Shown: positions 44,247-54,760 of the stretch, piece after piece
Position numbering within the stretch: position 1 is the stretch's first letter
Layout: the number at the start of each line of letters is the position of its first letter
From: a bacterium
Lineage (GTDB): Bacteria > Patescibacteriota > Microgenomatia > Levybacterales > UBA12049
Length of the DNA stretch: 64,000 nt
Assembly: GCA_021777565.1 (NCBI GenBank)
Contig: JAJYDJ010000005.1
Coordinates: 30,400-94,399, forward strand
Reading direction: 5' to 3'
Made by a program: the position numbers and the translations under genes
The notes under the pieces: generated by a model
Database searches by the model: none
What the model was told of the DNA's origin: nothing
The model's input: the letters and a program-made list of their open reading frames with translations, nothing else

Positions 44247-45427
44247 GCTATCAACGCATTATACACGGCCAATGTCTCATCACCCATTTTTGTCCATGAA
44301 AATTTTCTCAATATCTTTTGTCCTTGCTCTAGTTGCTCAGCTCTTCTTTTCTCAGTCATACCAATTACATCCTCCAAAGACCTGGCAATATCATCAACTG
44401 AGTAGGGGTCACAGTATAAGAGATTGTCTCCCCCAATTTCTTGAAGTACCGGGATGTTAGACGTAATGATGAGTGAATCATTGGCGAGAGATTCCAGCAC
44501 TAATAACCCAAATCCTTCTACCAGAGATGGATATACAGTTGATAATGATTTTTGGTACAGTTCTGCTAAATCATTGTCCGGGACAAACCCAGCAAAAATA
44601 ATTCCTGTTATCAGGTGCTCTTTTGCAAACTCTTCCAGTCTACTTCCAAAGAAATCTTTTTTCCCCACCATAACAAGCTGAATATCTTTATGCAGTGCAT
44701 GAACTTTTTGAAATGCAAGTACTAACCGTTCAAGATTTTTATGAGGATAAAAATTACCAACTGTCAAAAAATATTTTTTAGGTTGAATGTTGAGCGACGC
44801 AAAAATATCACTTTTTTTCACTGCGTTTTTTCTTACATGAAGCGCAGCATCAACGCCTTCATAGGTAACCACTACTTTTTTGGGTGAAACGTGAAGGAAT
44901 TTTATAATATCCTGTTTGGCAGACTCAGAAACCGTAATAATTTTTACTGCACGCATAGCCCCAACACGTTGCTGAAATTTATATGCAAGCTGCTTGAGCC
45001 AGTACAGTGGCGCAGGTAACGTAGACGCTTTACCCGTGGCAAAAAGCCAAGGGGTCATGTCATGAATCGTAGTAATAAATGGGCGAGTATATAAAAGAGG
45101 AAATGAGAAATAAGGGAAATGCATGAGGTCAAGATTATATTCCAACAGTTTCCATGGAAGTACTAACTGCTCGGCAAACGAATGCCAATGGATATCTACA
45201 CTAACAACGGTAAAGTTACGATTTTCAATCGTTTGCATGATTGCTTCATAATTTTGTGGCAGGGCAAACAAGAAATAATGATTTTCACTATCTTTCGTTT
45301 GCAAGATGCGTACAAGATTACGAGTATAGCGCCCGACACCTGTTTCATTCCACATGCGGCAATCAATTCCGATACGTTTCCCCATGTTATGAAAATGCCT
45401 CCTTTTCAAGGTGTTTAATAATTTCAT
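44243..45427 (-). CDS. GT4 family glycosyltransferase
   Basis: EGFGLLVLESLANDSLIITS motif. Start possibly MGKRIGID (45385). Confidence 0.75.
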   Translation of the reverse strand: MKLLNTLKRRHFHNMGKRIGIDCRMWNETGVGRYTRNLVRILQTKDSENHYFLFALPQNYEAIMQTIENRNFTVVSVDIHWHSFAEQLVLPWKLLEYNLDLMHFPYFSFPLLYTRPFITTIHDMTPWLFATGKASTLPAPLYWLKQLAYKFQQRVGAMRAVKIITVSESAKQDIIKFLHVSPKKVVVTYEGVDAALHVRKNAVKKSDIFASLNIQPKKYFLTVGNFYPHKNLERLVLAFQKVHALHKDIQLVMVGKKDFFGSRLEEFAKEHLITGIIFAGFVPDNDLAELYQKSLSTVYPSLVEGFGLLVLESLANDSLIITSNIPVLQEIGGDNLLYCDPYSVDDIARSLEDVIGMTEKRRAEQLEQGQKILRKFSWTKMGDETLAVYNALIA

Positions 45428-46568
45428 CCCACGAGAAATTTTTCTCTACATACTCCCGGGCATTTTTTGCAATAAAGGTATAGAGTTTTTCATCAGTCAG
45501 AAGTCTATAGACACCATCAATAAATTCATCTTCACTCTGTGCAAGAAGTACATTTTCACCATTCGATAATTCCGTACCGCGAATACCAAGCGGGGAGGTG
45601 ACCACTGGCAACCCTGACGCCATCGCTTCAAAAAGTTTGAGGCTTGTCCCAACGGCGATACTTACCGGGAAAAGGAGCACATGAGATGATGCAAAAACAA
45701 CAGAAGCCTCATCAGCATTCTCATCAAAGATAACTCCCTCACTCCCCAGAGCTTTGATACTTTCTGGGATTGATCTACCTACCACCCACATGGATATATC
45801 TACGCCTTCAGCCTTACACTTCGCATACAGTGCTGGCCAGATCTTCTGCAAAATGTATCTGCAGGACGTAACATTTTGTATCCATTGGAAAGTACCAATA
45901 AATAATATTTTCTTTTCTCTAACTGTAAACTTTTTCTTAGGGTCAACAAAAGTAAATACTTTCGTATCTACTCCATTTGGTGCAATAATGACGTCTTTTC
46001 TCCCCATTTCACCTGCCTCCACCGGGGACAAGCTTACCAACTTTGTTACACTCTTCCAGCATGCCTCTTCAGCTCGTTGCATTTTCCACACATCCCAGAG
46101 AAAGAGTGGTCGTAAAAATGATGGTACTTTTTGCACCGTAAATTTCTCGTATGCTTGATATTCAATATTATGTTCCATAAGAACAATAGGAAGTGTAGTC
46201 GTGGGAAGATTTTGCATAACATAAAATGTCTCTACATCGATTATGTCAAAATCTTCATGGGAAAGTAGATCTGCAATCTTTGATTTCATCTCTGGGAGGG
46301 TATGTCCAACGACAAGAAAAGAATCTAGTGAGAAAAAGGCTTTACAGATATTTTGGATTGTCCATTGTTTCTTTCTTTGAAAAGTATAGACGGCTTTACA
46401 ATATTTTTTGAGTTCTGCAATGTCTGCATCTGTTTGATTTGTCCGCATTTCAGCGACCAAGGTGATTTCATGGTGTTTGGATAGACGGATAATCGTGTTG
46501 TAAAGCCTGATATGTCCCCCACTGGTGATAGGATAGGGCAGAAAGGATGAAACCATTAAGATTTTCAT
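45387..46568 (-). CDS. GT4 family glycosyltransferase
   Basis: GT-B fold. N-terminal MKILMVSSFLPYPITSGGHIR, C-terminal GLPVVTSPLGIRGTE. Confidence 0.75.
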   Translation of the reverse strand: MKILMVSSFLPYPITSGGHIRLYNTIIRLSKHHEITLVAEMRTNQTDADIAELKKYCKAVYTFQRKKQWTIQNICKAFFSLDSFLVVGHTLPEMKSKIADLLSHEDFDIIDVETFYVMQNLPTTTLPIVLMEHNIEYQAYEKFTVQKVPSFLRPLFLWDVWKMQRAEEACWKSVTKLVSLSPVEAGEMGRKDVIIAPNGVDTKVFTFVDPKKKFTVREKKILFIGTFQWIQNVTSCRYILQKIWPALYAKCKAEGVDISMWVVGRSIPESIKALGSEGVIFDENADEASVVFASSHVLLFPVSIAVGTSLKLFEAMASGLPVVTSPLGIRGTELSNGENVLLAQSEDEFIDGVYRLLTDEKLYTFIAKNAREYVEKNFSWDEIIKHLEKEAFS

Positions 46569-46615
46569 AGAGATTTCTCTTTTATTGTACCAAATCTTTC
46601 AAGGATACAGTGCCT

Positions 46616-47128
46616 TTACTTTTGGACCTTATAATGGAGCTGAATGGAGTTGGGCCCAATTTGCTTGACTCCCAGAAGTGACAATTGTGCTTCAAAGGAC
46701 GACGGAACTAGAAGAGGTTTCCCTTCAGCAAAGAGCAGCGGTTCCATGTCGATATAGATCTCATCTACCAAACCATCTTTGAGAAATGAGGTCAAAGACA
46801 TCGCACCACCACTAATGAGTACTGTTTCAAAATCCTTATGTCTGAGAAGATCAAGCGCTTCCCGTGTCGAGTGGACACACTGTGCCTTATCTTCTGAGAC
46901 ATGTTCTCCATGTTGTGAGAGGACAACCACAAAAGGATTCCCTATCTGGTCAAAATTATTGTCTTGCTTCATGATCTCGTATGTCTTACGACCTACCACG
47001 ATATTGCCCGCTTCTTTCACCATCTCTGCATATGCTGACCACTCATCATCACTCCATGGGGTTGAGTCATCTTTGCGTGCAATAAATCCATTAGCAGTAG
47101 TCGCGATAAAAAGGATTACTTTTTTCAT
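46616..47128 (-). CDS. RibD C-terminal domain / dihydrofolate-reductase-like reductase
   Basis: MKKVILFIATTANGFIARKDDSTPWSDDEW...VVGRKTYE...LISGGAMS, typical of the YwjB/YyaP-type DHFR-like fold. Confidence 0.6.
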   Translation of the reverse strand: MKKVILFIATTANGFIARKDDSTPWSDDEWSAYAEMVKEAGNIVVGRKTYEIMKQDNNFDQIGNPFVVVLSQHGEHVSEDKAQCVHSTREALDLLRHKDFETVLISGGAMSLTSFLKDGLVDEIYIDMEPLLFAEGKPLLVPSSFEAQLSLLGVKQIGPNSIQLHYKVQK

Positions 47129-47135
47129 AGTCCTA

Positions 47136-48575
47136 TTATAACTTTTTATGCAGATCAAACAAGAGGTATGCACTGGATGATGCAACAATTTTATATTGCT
47201 TCCCAATATTTACGTCCCCTGGTGCAGGATTGGCAAGAACAAGATAATCAGCACCCATAGTGATAAGCTCTGGTAATGATTTTTCAAAACTTGCCCATCC
47301 TTGACGATTGGTCTGGTACAGGAATGATGAGTCCCCATCCAGTGGCGCGACAACCAATGCATCTTTTGGAGTCATGCTGTCCACGACTTTACCTGCTTCA
47401 ATCATTGCCTGATTATTCACATTGAAGTAATCTCTGACGTAGTACCAACTAAATGAAAGAGTAAACAACACACTGACCGTTAAGACAACCGCAACGGCCC
47501 ATTTATTCACAATCTCTTTTGACAAGGAAAAGAAGAAACTAAATCCACGGCCCAAAAGCACCGTAATACTTGGCACTGTAATATATTGATAGTAATCATG
47601 CTGCACGTTACCCCTGGCGATTACACAATAATACAGAAGAGAACATAGGAAGAACGTCACAAAAAATCCCATGTCTTTTCTCCCTTTCCAGATGAGTCCT
47701 GGGATGAGAAGTGCTAGCCCCCAATATCCTAAGATCAGTCGTCCTAAACGTTCTGCAAAAATCCAATAGAAAAATGCGCCAGTAAAACGTATATTGCCCG
47801 CATTAAAGAGCCAGGCACTGGCTGGAATACCTTCTGGGAAATGGCCTATCCACCATCGCCACCAGCCAAATGGTGCAAGCACCAAAATGAGAAAAAGATA
47901 CAATTGCCACTTTTTTAGGAGGGAGAAGCCAAATGCACTCCATGCCAAGAAGAGAAACACTGGGGCAAAGAATATCACATGAGGCCGTACCATGATTCCA
48001 CTTGCTGTCATCAGAATAGATAACACAAGAGACAGATATCCCCATGAAGCTTTTGTCTTTTCAAGCCATCTGTCAAACCAATACAATCCAAAAAGGAAAA
48101 GCCCAATACCCAAAGAGTCAGGAAGCGTCGTTCTACCATAATAGATGGCAAAGGGTAAAAATGCGTAGAAAAAAGCGGCTACTGTTGCTGCTAATTCGTC
48201 TGCATGTTTTTTTGTTAAAAAATAAATACTCCAAATTCCAAGAAGTGAACCCAAAATTGATACCAATCTCCCCCATTCTTCAATAGTAAAGTGATGGAAA
48301 AGCGTATACCCAGTAGCTGCAAGTACATTATACAAAGGGAATTCTGCCATAAAATATCCTTGAGGATTTTCAAGCCCTGATTGGACGTTGGAGATGTTAT
48401 TCATACGTGGATGCAGGACATCAACTCCATACTTTATAAAATTACGAGTTACTGCCGCCGTGTCTGCCTGTCGCCATGAATGCCAATCGGCAATTGGGCC
48501 AGAGAAGTGATACAGACGAACAACAAATCCACCGAGTAGAATGACATAGAGAAGAAGCGATGAGAACTTTTTCAT
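47136..48575 (-). CDS. GT-C membrane glycosyltransferase, PMT/ArnT (GT39/GT83)-like
   Basis: 479 aa, about 12 TM. N-terminal WHSWRQADTAAVTRNF loop with an Asp/Glu motif typical of polyprenyl-phosphate-sugar-dependent GT-C enzymes. Confidence 0.55.
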   Translation of the reverse strand: MKKFSSLLLYVILLGGFVVRLYHFSGPIADWHSWRQADTAAVTRNFIKYGVDVLHPRMNNISNVQSGLENPQGYFMAEFPLYNVLAATGYTLFHHFTIEEWGRLVSILGSLLGIWSIYFLTKKHADELAATVAAFFYAFLPFAIYYGRTTLPDSLGIGLFLFGLYWFDRWLEKTKASWGYLSLVLSILMTASGIMVRPHVIFFAPVFLFLAWSAFGFSLLKKWQLYLFLILVLAPFGWWRWWIGHFPEGIPASAWLFNAGNIRFTGAFFYWIFAERLGRLILGYWGLALLIPGLIWKGRKDMGFFVTFFLCSLLYYCVIARGNVQHDYYQYITVPSITVLLGRGFSFFFSLSKEIVNKWAVAVVLTVSVLFTLSFSWYYVRDYFNVNNQAMIEAGKVVDSMTPKDALVVAPLDGDSSFLYQTNRQGWASFEKSLPELITMGADYLVLANPAPGDVNIGKQYKIVASSSAYLLFDLHKKL

Positions 48576-48578
48576 AGA

Positions 48579-51500
48579 TTATGGCTGATCTTCGATAACG
48601 GCACCCTGCTCAAAGGTGAAAGTATACGGATGTGCTGCATCTTTTGGATAAAACTCACCAGTCTTAGCAATCATAACAGCAGGATTTTCATCGCCATAGA
48701 CAAACCACAACCCATCTGGGAACCCTACAGGGAAAATCCAGGCATTGGCTTCCCTGATAGGAAGTTTATTAACGTATACTGTGTCTGCATGAGTAAGCGT
48801 CGGGTATTTTGTTTTGAAAAATCCTAATGTGTTTTGGGTTATTTTCCCAGCTCTTTGCCATTGCATGCCTACTGTGTATAGGTTCCACAGATGATTCCCC
48901 ATGAAGACGACAAAAAGGAGAGTCAATACTGTAATCAAGATTCGGGAAGGATAGGATTGTACCAACCATCTCACAAGTGCCACAAAGAAAATAATCAGAC
49001 CAACTGAAGCCAAATAAATATATCGTTCAGTAATATTACCAAGTCCAATAAATGGTAAGGCAGCAACGAGAGCAAACCCAAATCCAAAGAATATCGCTTT
49101 ATCTACTTTGGTTAATGACTTTGCAATAAGTTTCCAGAAAACAAGTATCAGAAGAAGTGCTGCGAATGTGACCCCCACAGAGGCGACAATGACAGCATTG
49201 TTATGTCTCATACTTTCACGAAGCCAAGTATAGGTCCCCAGTGAACTTTGCCCAAAGAAGAAGAGTCCAAGGTATCCAATCTTGTTCCCAATTGCATTCG
49301 GGATAAAATGAGCAAGATTATAACTATAATCTCCTGCAATTGCAGCCACATGTGAAGTTTGGCGTACAAAAAGATAGAGTGCGTCTACAATCAGGAATGG
49401 CGCATATACCCACCATGTTTTTTTCTTTTTTTCTACTCCAAAGAGATCAGCAACAAGACAAAGGAGCATAAATACTACACCCATTTCATATGTGATAACG
49501 CTCAATATTGAAAATATCAGTGACAAACTATATGAAACCCAGCTGGATTTCTCTCTAAATCGTATGAACTGCAAAATACCAAGAAGCATCCACAATGTTG
49601 AAAGAGTAATAGAAATCGTCGAAATCCAGAAAATATTTTCTGCATGGAATGAACCAAATGCGAAAATAATTGCTCCAATGAATGCCCACAATTTTGACTT
49701 AAACACCTTATAAAACAACGCATATGCACTCGCCGTGACTGCAAAGTGAAGGAAGACAAAGAATGTATGATACCCCTCAGGATTGAACCCAAAGAAAGAG
49801 AACAACCCAATCATTACGATCTTGTCCAGTGGTCGATAGAAGAATCCCTGTGCATCAGTAAAGTACCTTGGGATATTTGTAAACACGGCTGAGGCAGCCC
49901 ATCTCAGCCAGGTGAAATCATCTGCAACGAAGAAGTTGCTCATAAATGGCAACGTAATTGCAATGAGGATGACAAAAACATAAAACATCAGGAAGAAATG
50001 TGAAGTGACAATCTCTCTTACCGCACTCAAGAGGGAGAACGACTTATCCTTTACCAAAAGCAATGTCCCTCCCATGATACCTAAAAGCAGCCATACTGTT
50101 TCTGCAATCTTTGATGCTTCAAACATGTCATAAAAAATAGCATTCACGAATAGGCCAACTATTCCCCCTACGATGCCAAGCATGAATGCTTTGACCATCT
50201 TATCTTCAATGGCATTAAATGAGTGACGCATCAGTACACCTATTACCAGGAAAATGAATGCAAATGAAAGTACTCCCAGAAGCCCGGTTTCACCAAGATT
50301 TCGCAGATAGTCATTGTCGGCAGCCAAAGTAATGGTCGCAAAACCGCTCCCTAGGAATGGATTTCTTAGGAAGGCGTTCCACGCATTGGGCCACTCTCCT
50401 TGCAGTCTGGTTGTAAATGAGATGTCATATACCAAGACTTTTTTCACCGTAAAGTTGCCTGAGACACTGGAGAGCTGCACGCCACCATAGTCAAAATTGA
50501 GTTGCTTTGCCTTTGTTACCGACAGTGAACTCTGCACAACTGCAGTGGTAGTCTTTTGTACATTTGTTGTTGTCTGAGGGATATTGATATACGAGGTACC
50601 CAAAGGAACATTTTGGTCCGGTGCTGCCGCCGCAACTGCTACTTTCTTCCCTTGATCAAGTGCTTGCTTTTGTTCATCGGTCAGTGAGTTGTTCGCAAGT
50701 CCCACCACTTCTCCTTGACTATCAACAACAACCGACTGCGTGCGAAAAGTTTGGGCAATTCTCTTAATTGTTGAGCTATTAAATGTGAAAAGACACAAGA
50801 TACTGATCGCGAAAATGGGTATAATTGCTTTCTTTTGCTTGATAATAATCAATGTCACCCCCATAGCAATAAAGTACGCTACGACAGCGATTCGTGAAGC
50901 GGTAAAGCTCATCATAAGAATGGATAACACACCGAGTATCCAAAGCGAAACTTTCTTTTTCCATGCATAAGTAAAGCTTACGGCAAAAATAACAGGGATC
51001 AGAAGAACGAGCCATCCCGCTAGATCATAGTGACCAGCAAACGTACTCGTCATGCGACTATCAAATGGCAAACAGAGAGGAAGTCCTTTCGCAAATTCTT
51101 CATTTCCCGTCTGGAAGGAAGGAAAGCAAAAATTAAATTTTTCGTGCACGATCGGGAACCAATGCCAAATAAAGGTATAAAATTTCTGGCCATATCCATA
51201 GATAAGCACAGCAACCAGAGTTGCCATTAATATCTTGAAATAGAAGTGAATATCTTTCACTTTGGTAATGACTGAAACACCGACAAAGAATAAAATCATG
51301 TACTCAATACGGCGTAGGTACGAAAGCACAGCCACACTTGGGAAGAAATTCGCAACATGTGGGCCAATATATATAATAGAAATGATCAAACTAGCAAGCC
51401 CAACGACCCAGTACAAGATAAATGAGGCACCAATCGATGCAGGGAAGCTAACTTTTCGCCGCACTAATCGAAAGAGATAGTATGCAACAAGCAATGCGAT

Positions 51501-51644
51501 GAGGAAGTCCTCCAATCGAATATACACCCACGTGTGGTGGATATAAATTGTTGGTAGTTTTGGATATAACGCAACAAAAGCAAGCGCAAATGCCACTCCA
51601 AAACGCAAAAAATTAGCATCAAGCCATCCAAAAAGCTTTCTCAT
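48579..51644 (-). CDS. 1021-aa polytopic membrane protein. O-antigen ligase/polymerase (Wzy_C)-like N-terminal half fused to a second, large TM-rich half
   Basis: Wzy_C-type loop motif (AADNDYLRNLGETGLLGVLSF) near residue 445. More than 20 predicted TM helices. The second half was not recognised. Confidence 0.5.
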   Translation of the reverse strand: MRKLFGWLDANFLRFGVAFALAFVALYPKLPTIYIHHTWVYIRLEDFLIALLVAYYLFRLVRRKVSFPASIGASFILYWVVGLASLIISIIYIGPHVANFFPSVAVLSYLRRIEYMILFFVGVSVITKVKDIHFYFKILMATLVAVLIYGYGQKFYTFIWHWFPIVHEKFNFCFPSFQTGNEEFAKGLPLCLPFDSRMTSTFAGHYDLAGWLVLLIPVIFAVSFTYAWKKKVSLWILGVLSILMMSFTASRIAVVAYFIAMGVTLIIIKQKKAIIPIFAISILCLFTFNSSTIKRIAQTFRTQSVVVDSQGEVVGLANNSLTDEQKQALDQGKKVAVAAAAPDQNVPLGTSYINIPQTTTNVQKTTTAVVQSSLSVTKAKQLNFDYGGVQLSSVSGNFTVKKVLVYDISFTTRLQGEWPNAWNAFLRNPFLGSGFATITLAADNDYLRNLGETGLLGVLSFAFIFLVIGVLMRHSFNAIEDKMVKAFMLGIVGGIVGLFVNAIFYDMFEASKIAETVWLLLGIMGGTLLLVKDKSFSLLSAVREIVTSHFFLMFYVFVILIAITLPFMSNFFVADDFTWLRWAASAVFTNIPRYFTDAQGFFYRPLDKIVMIGLFSFFGFNPEGYHTFFVFLHFAVTASAYALFYKVFKSKLWAFIGAIIFAFGSFHAENIFWISTISITLSTLWMLLGILQFIRFREKSSWVSYSLSLIFSILSVITYEMGVVFMLLCLVADLFGVEKKKKTWWVYAPFLIVDALYLFVRQTSHVAAIAGDYSYNLAHFIPNAIGNKIGYLGLFFFGQSSLGTYTWLRESMRHNNAVIVASVGVTFAALLLILVFWKLIAKSLTKVDKAIFFGFGFALVAALPFIGLGNITERYIYLASVGLIIFFVALVRWLVQSYPSRILITVLTLLFVVFMGNHLWNLYTVGMQWQRAGKITQNTLGFFKTKYPTLTHADTVYVNKLPIREANAWIFPVGFPDGLWFVYGDENPAVMIAKTGEFYPKDAAHPYTFTFEQGAVIEDQP

Positions 51645-52491
51645 ATGTTTGGTATAAATACTTATTCCCCAAAATTCGACCTACTCCAATTAATATAGCA
51701 GCTTTTGTTTTCAAAAGCATCCTTACTACTATATATTCTGGCAGAGAATAATGCTTTTTGAAAAGATAGGGAAGATTCTTATAGATATTTACTATGGCAA
51801 ATGTTCTATTCGAGCTCCCATAGTCTCTATGCACGATATGTGCTTGAGGATAATAAATACGGCTAAATCCAAGCTTCATGGCACGATAATTGAAGTCAAC
51901 ATCCTCTTCATACATAAAAATCTTTTCATCAAATCCACCAATTTTTTGATAGGTTTCTTTCTTCATCATCAGGAATGCTCCTTTGAGCCAATCCACGGGA
52001 TGGATAGTATCCGCTGTTTTTTGGAACCCATCAAGTCGTTGCATCCCCAATTGATATTCCAAGACTGACCACAGTGTATAAAATTTCCCGGTAGAGACTT
52101 GTAGTGTGCCATTCTCATTCTTTATCTTTCCACCTAACAAACCTATATCTGGATTATTTACTAAATACTCATACATTGAAGAAAGAGAGTTATCCTCAAG
52201 ATAAGAGTCATTATTCAGAAGGACAATATAGTCACCTTTCGCTTTCTCGACTGCTCTGTTATACCCAAACCCAAATCCTCCATTATGCCCACTTTCATAC
52301 ACGTGCACGTTTTTGTACTTCTTAAACTCTTTTTTCATCACCTCATACGCACCATCTGGTGAATCATTGTCCATCACAATGTACTCAAATTCTCCTGACT
52401 CAAACTCCTTGCGGTAATATTTCCACAATGACTCCATGCAGGAGATAGTAAGTTCTGGACGATTATACGTAAGAGAAAGAATACTCAACAT
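51619..52491 (-). CDS. GT2 family glycosyltransferase
   Basis: SILSLTYNRPELT, DNDSPDG, LLNNDS, YEEDVDFNYR (GT-A DxD and ED motifs). Confidence 0.75.
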   Translation of the reverse strand: MLSILSLTYNRPELTISCMESLWKYYRKEFESGEFEYIVMDNDSPDGAYEVMKKEFKKYKNVHVYESGHNGGFGFGYNRAVEKAKGDYIVLLNNDSYLEDNSLSSMYEYLVNNPDIGLLGGKIKNENGTLQVSTGKFYTLWSVLEYQLGMQRLDGFQKTADTIHPVDWLKGAFLMMKKETYQKIGGFDEKIFMYEEDVDFNYRAMKLGFSRIYYPQAHIVHRDYGSSNRTFAIVNIYKNLPYLFKKHYSLPEYIVVRMLLKTKAAILIGVGRILGNKYLYQTYEKAFWMA

Positions 52492-52497
52492 AGGTTT

Positions 52498-53079
52498 TTA
52501 TCGAAACCATGCAGCTCTACCAAGCTTATAATGAAGATCTTTGTTTTGCCTTTCCCCAATTACCTTTGCGGGTACGCCTCCAACCATCATAAATGGTTCT
52601 ATGTTTTTGGTCACGACTGCCCCAGCACCAACAATGGCACCCTTCCCAATAGTCACCCCAGGCAGAACTATGACGCGAGGCCCAATAAAGACATAATCTT
52701 CGATAACGACTGATTCTGAAGTTGCATGGAAGTCATCGGCATTCATATCGTGTTGGCTGTTATACACCATCACGCCTGTAGCAAAGTCTACGTGATCCCC
52801 AATAGTTATGGGAGATCGTCCATCAAGTATCACTTGCTCACCAATAATTGTATCGTTCCCAATACGGATGTTAGCTGGATCATAAAAAACGGCTCCCATA
52901 TGGATGACTGACCCTTTGCCTATTTTTATACCAGCTAAGCGGTAAAAAAACCTACGTACGAAATGTGATGGGACATATCCAATAAGAGTCAATAGATAAA
53001 TCTCAAACTCCAGTAGTACTGTCGTAATGCGACGAATAATGCGTTGTTGTATAGATAGTTTGCTCATATTATTTCCCAT
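52498..53079 (-). CDS. Hexapeptide-repeat (LbH) sugar O-acetyltransferase, WbbJ/Mac-like
   Basis: Left-handed beta-helix repeats (IGNDTIIGEQVILDG...IGDHVDFATGV...IGPRVIVLPGVTIGKGAIVGAGAVV). Start may be MSKLS (53064). Confidence 0.75.
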   Translation of the reverse strand: MGNNMSKLSIQQRIIRRITTVLLEFEIYLLTLIGYVPSHFVRRFFYRLAGIKIGKGSVIHMGAVFYDPANIRIGNDTIIGEQVILDGRSPITIGDHVDFATGVMVYNSQHDMNADDFHATSESVVIEDYVFIGPRVIVLPGVTIGKGAIVGAGAVVTKNIEPFMMVGGVPAKVIGERQNKDLHYKLGRAAWFR

Positions 53080-54187
53080 TTGCGACCGACTCCAAAACAG
53101 CCAGTGTTTCTTCAGCGGTCTTCTCCCAATTAAATTTTTTCACTTGTTGGTATCCTTTCGCAACCATGTCTTTACGCAACTTTTTATCAGTTAGTACTTT
53201 CTCAATAGCTCGCGTAATGTCATCTGTGTCCTCTGGATTGCAATATTCTGCGGCGTCTCCACCGATTTCTGGCAGACTGCTTACATTACTGGTCACCACA
53301 GGACATCCTGCTTGCATAGCCTCAAGGATAGGCAATCCAAAACCTTCATAGAGGCTTGGAAGGACAAAACACTCAGCATTGGCATACAACACTTTTGCTT
53401 CCTCATCAGGGGCAAAGTCTAAAAAGTGTACTTTATCGGAAATTCCCAACTGTTCTGGTTTTGCAAGGATCGGTTCATACAGCCAGCCCTTCCTTCCGAC
53501 AATCACCAACTGTAAGTCAGTATGTTCTTTACTCACTTTCGCAAATGCATCGATAAGACGAGAGAGATTTTTACGTGGTTGAATTGTCCCAAGATACAAA
53601 AGATACGGGGAAGTAAATGCATATTTCTTCTCTAGCTGCTGTAAGGTTATTGTACTTTCCATATGTTCACTTTCTTTGATACCAAGATGGGTCACTGTCA
53701 CATCCTCTGGCTTGACCTTATATAATTTGATTATATCATCTCGTGTTTTCCCACTCACTGCAAGCACATGAGTTGCCTGATTTACTGAGTATTTGGTCCA
53801 GTTAATAAGCTGGTAGAGATCTTTTTTTAGAAAGTGATCCGGGAAGAAAAGATACGCAAGGTCATGAATAACGATGACAGATGGGACTGGTGAGAAGCGT
53901 GGTGCATAATGATTGGGACTGAAAAACACATCTGGACGTGGGGAATGAGTAAAGAGGTCTATCGGAAGACCAATTTGGGTCCAGAACTTTTTAGGTTTTA
54001 CGATACGATATCTAAAATGTTGCGTCTGAGCCGGCATATGGGGAAGTGGAGGTTCTTTGAGATAAATAACAAATTGTATATCCTCTCTTTTGAGTGACTG
54101 AAACTTTGCAAGAAGCTCGTACGTATAGACACTTACGCCAACTAAACGCGACACATTTGCTTCATTTCCATCAATGCCAATAATCAT
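53069..54187 (-). CDS. GT4 family glycosyltransferase (full length)
   Basis: EGFGLPILEAMQAGCPVVTS motif. N-terminal MIIGIDGNEANVSRLVGVSVYTYELL. Confidence 0.75.
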   Translation of the reverse strand: MIIGIDGNEANVSRLVGVSVYTYELLAKFQSLKREDIQFVIYLKEPPLPHMPAQTQHFRYRIVKPKKFWTQIGLPIDLFTHSPRPDVFFSPNHYAPRFSPVPSVIVIHDLAYLFFPDHFLKKDLYQLINWTKYSVNQATHVLAVSGKTRDDIIKLYKVKPEDVTVTHLGIKESEHMESTITLQQLEKKYAFTSPYLLYLGTIQPRKNLSRLIDAFAKVSKEHTDLQLVIVGRKGWLYEPILAKPEQLGISDKVHFLDFAPDEEAKVLYANAECFVLPSLYEGFGLPILEAMQAGCPVVTSNVSSLPEIGGDAAEYCNPEDTDDITRAIEKVLTDKKLRKDMVAKGYQQVKKFNWEKTAEETLAVLESVANGK

Positions 54188-54759
54188 ATACCTACTCCTT
54201 CATATATTACGGTAATTTTATCCTGAGGTATATGCAGAATATTTATAATGTCATTTTTGGTTGCCTCCGAGACGGCAATTATCTGATCACACTCTTTTGC
54301 AACCCATGAAAGTCGCTTCTTTTGCACAGCTACGATATTTGCCACAGGAGCAAAGTTTTTAAGAGAAAATCCCAATTTCTTATGCGCTTCTTCAGGATAT
54401 AGATAGACACTCAAATCATGAATAATACTTACCTTTTTGGCAAAAAGTGTTGGTGGTTCTGTCCAATCTGAAGAAAGGAACACATCGACTTTCCCAATAA
54501 AAAGTTCTATCGGTACAATATGTAACACGTTCCAAAGTATATGAAGAAATGTTGGTGGAAAGGGAAATTTTTTGAGAGTGACATTGGACTGTTTTGCCAA
54601 TTCCTTCATTGCAGCAGGAAGTTCACCTCTTAATGTTGCAAAGAATAACACATACGTATTCTCTTTATCCTTTTCAATCAGATGAGAAACTAAGCGACTT
54701 GTGAGTCTCCCAACTCCTTGTGGATACACGGTTTGAGAGATATCAATAGCTATCTTCAT
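54184..54759 (-). CDS. GT4 N-terminal-domain-only ORF (191 aa), paralogous to the N-terminal half of the adjacent full-length GT4. Either a remnant of a tandem duplication or a stand-alone N-domain
   Basis: MKIAIDISQTVYPQGVGRLTSRLV and VSIIHDLSVYLYPEEA parallel MIIGIDGNEANVSRLVGVSVYTYELL and VIVIHDLAYLFFPDHF in the downstream gene. It ends (YEGVGI) exactly where the C-terminal Rossmann domain should begin, with an ATGA overlap to the next gene. Confidence 0.5.
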   Translation of the reverse strand: MKIAIDISQTVYPQGVGRLTSRLVSHLIEKDKENTYVLFFATLRGELPAAMKELAKQSNVTLKKFPFPPTFLHILWNVLHIVPIELFIGKVDVFLSSDWTEPPTLFAKKVSIIHDLSVYLYPEEAHKKLGFSLKNFAPVANIVAVQKKRLSWVAKECDQIIAVSEATKNDIINILHIPQDKITVIYEGVGI

Positions 54760-54760
54760 A

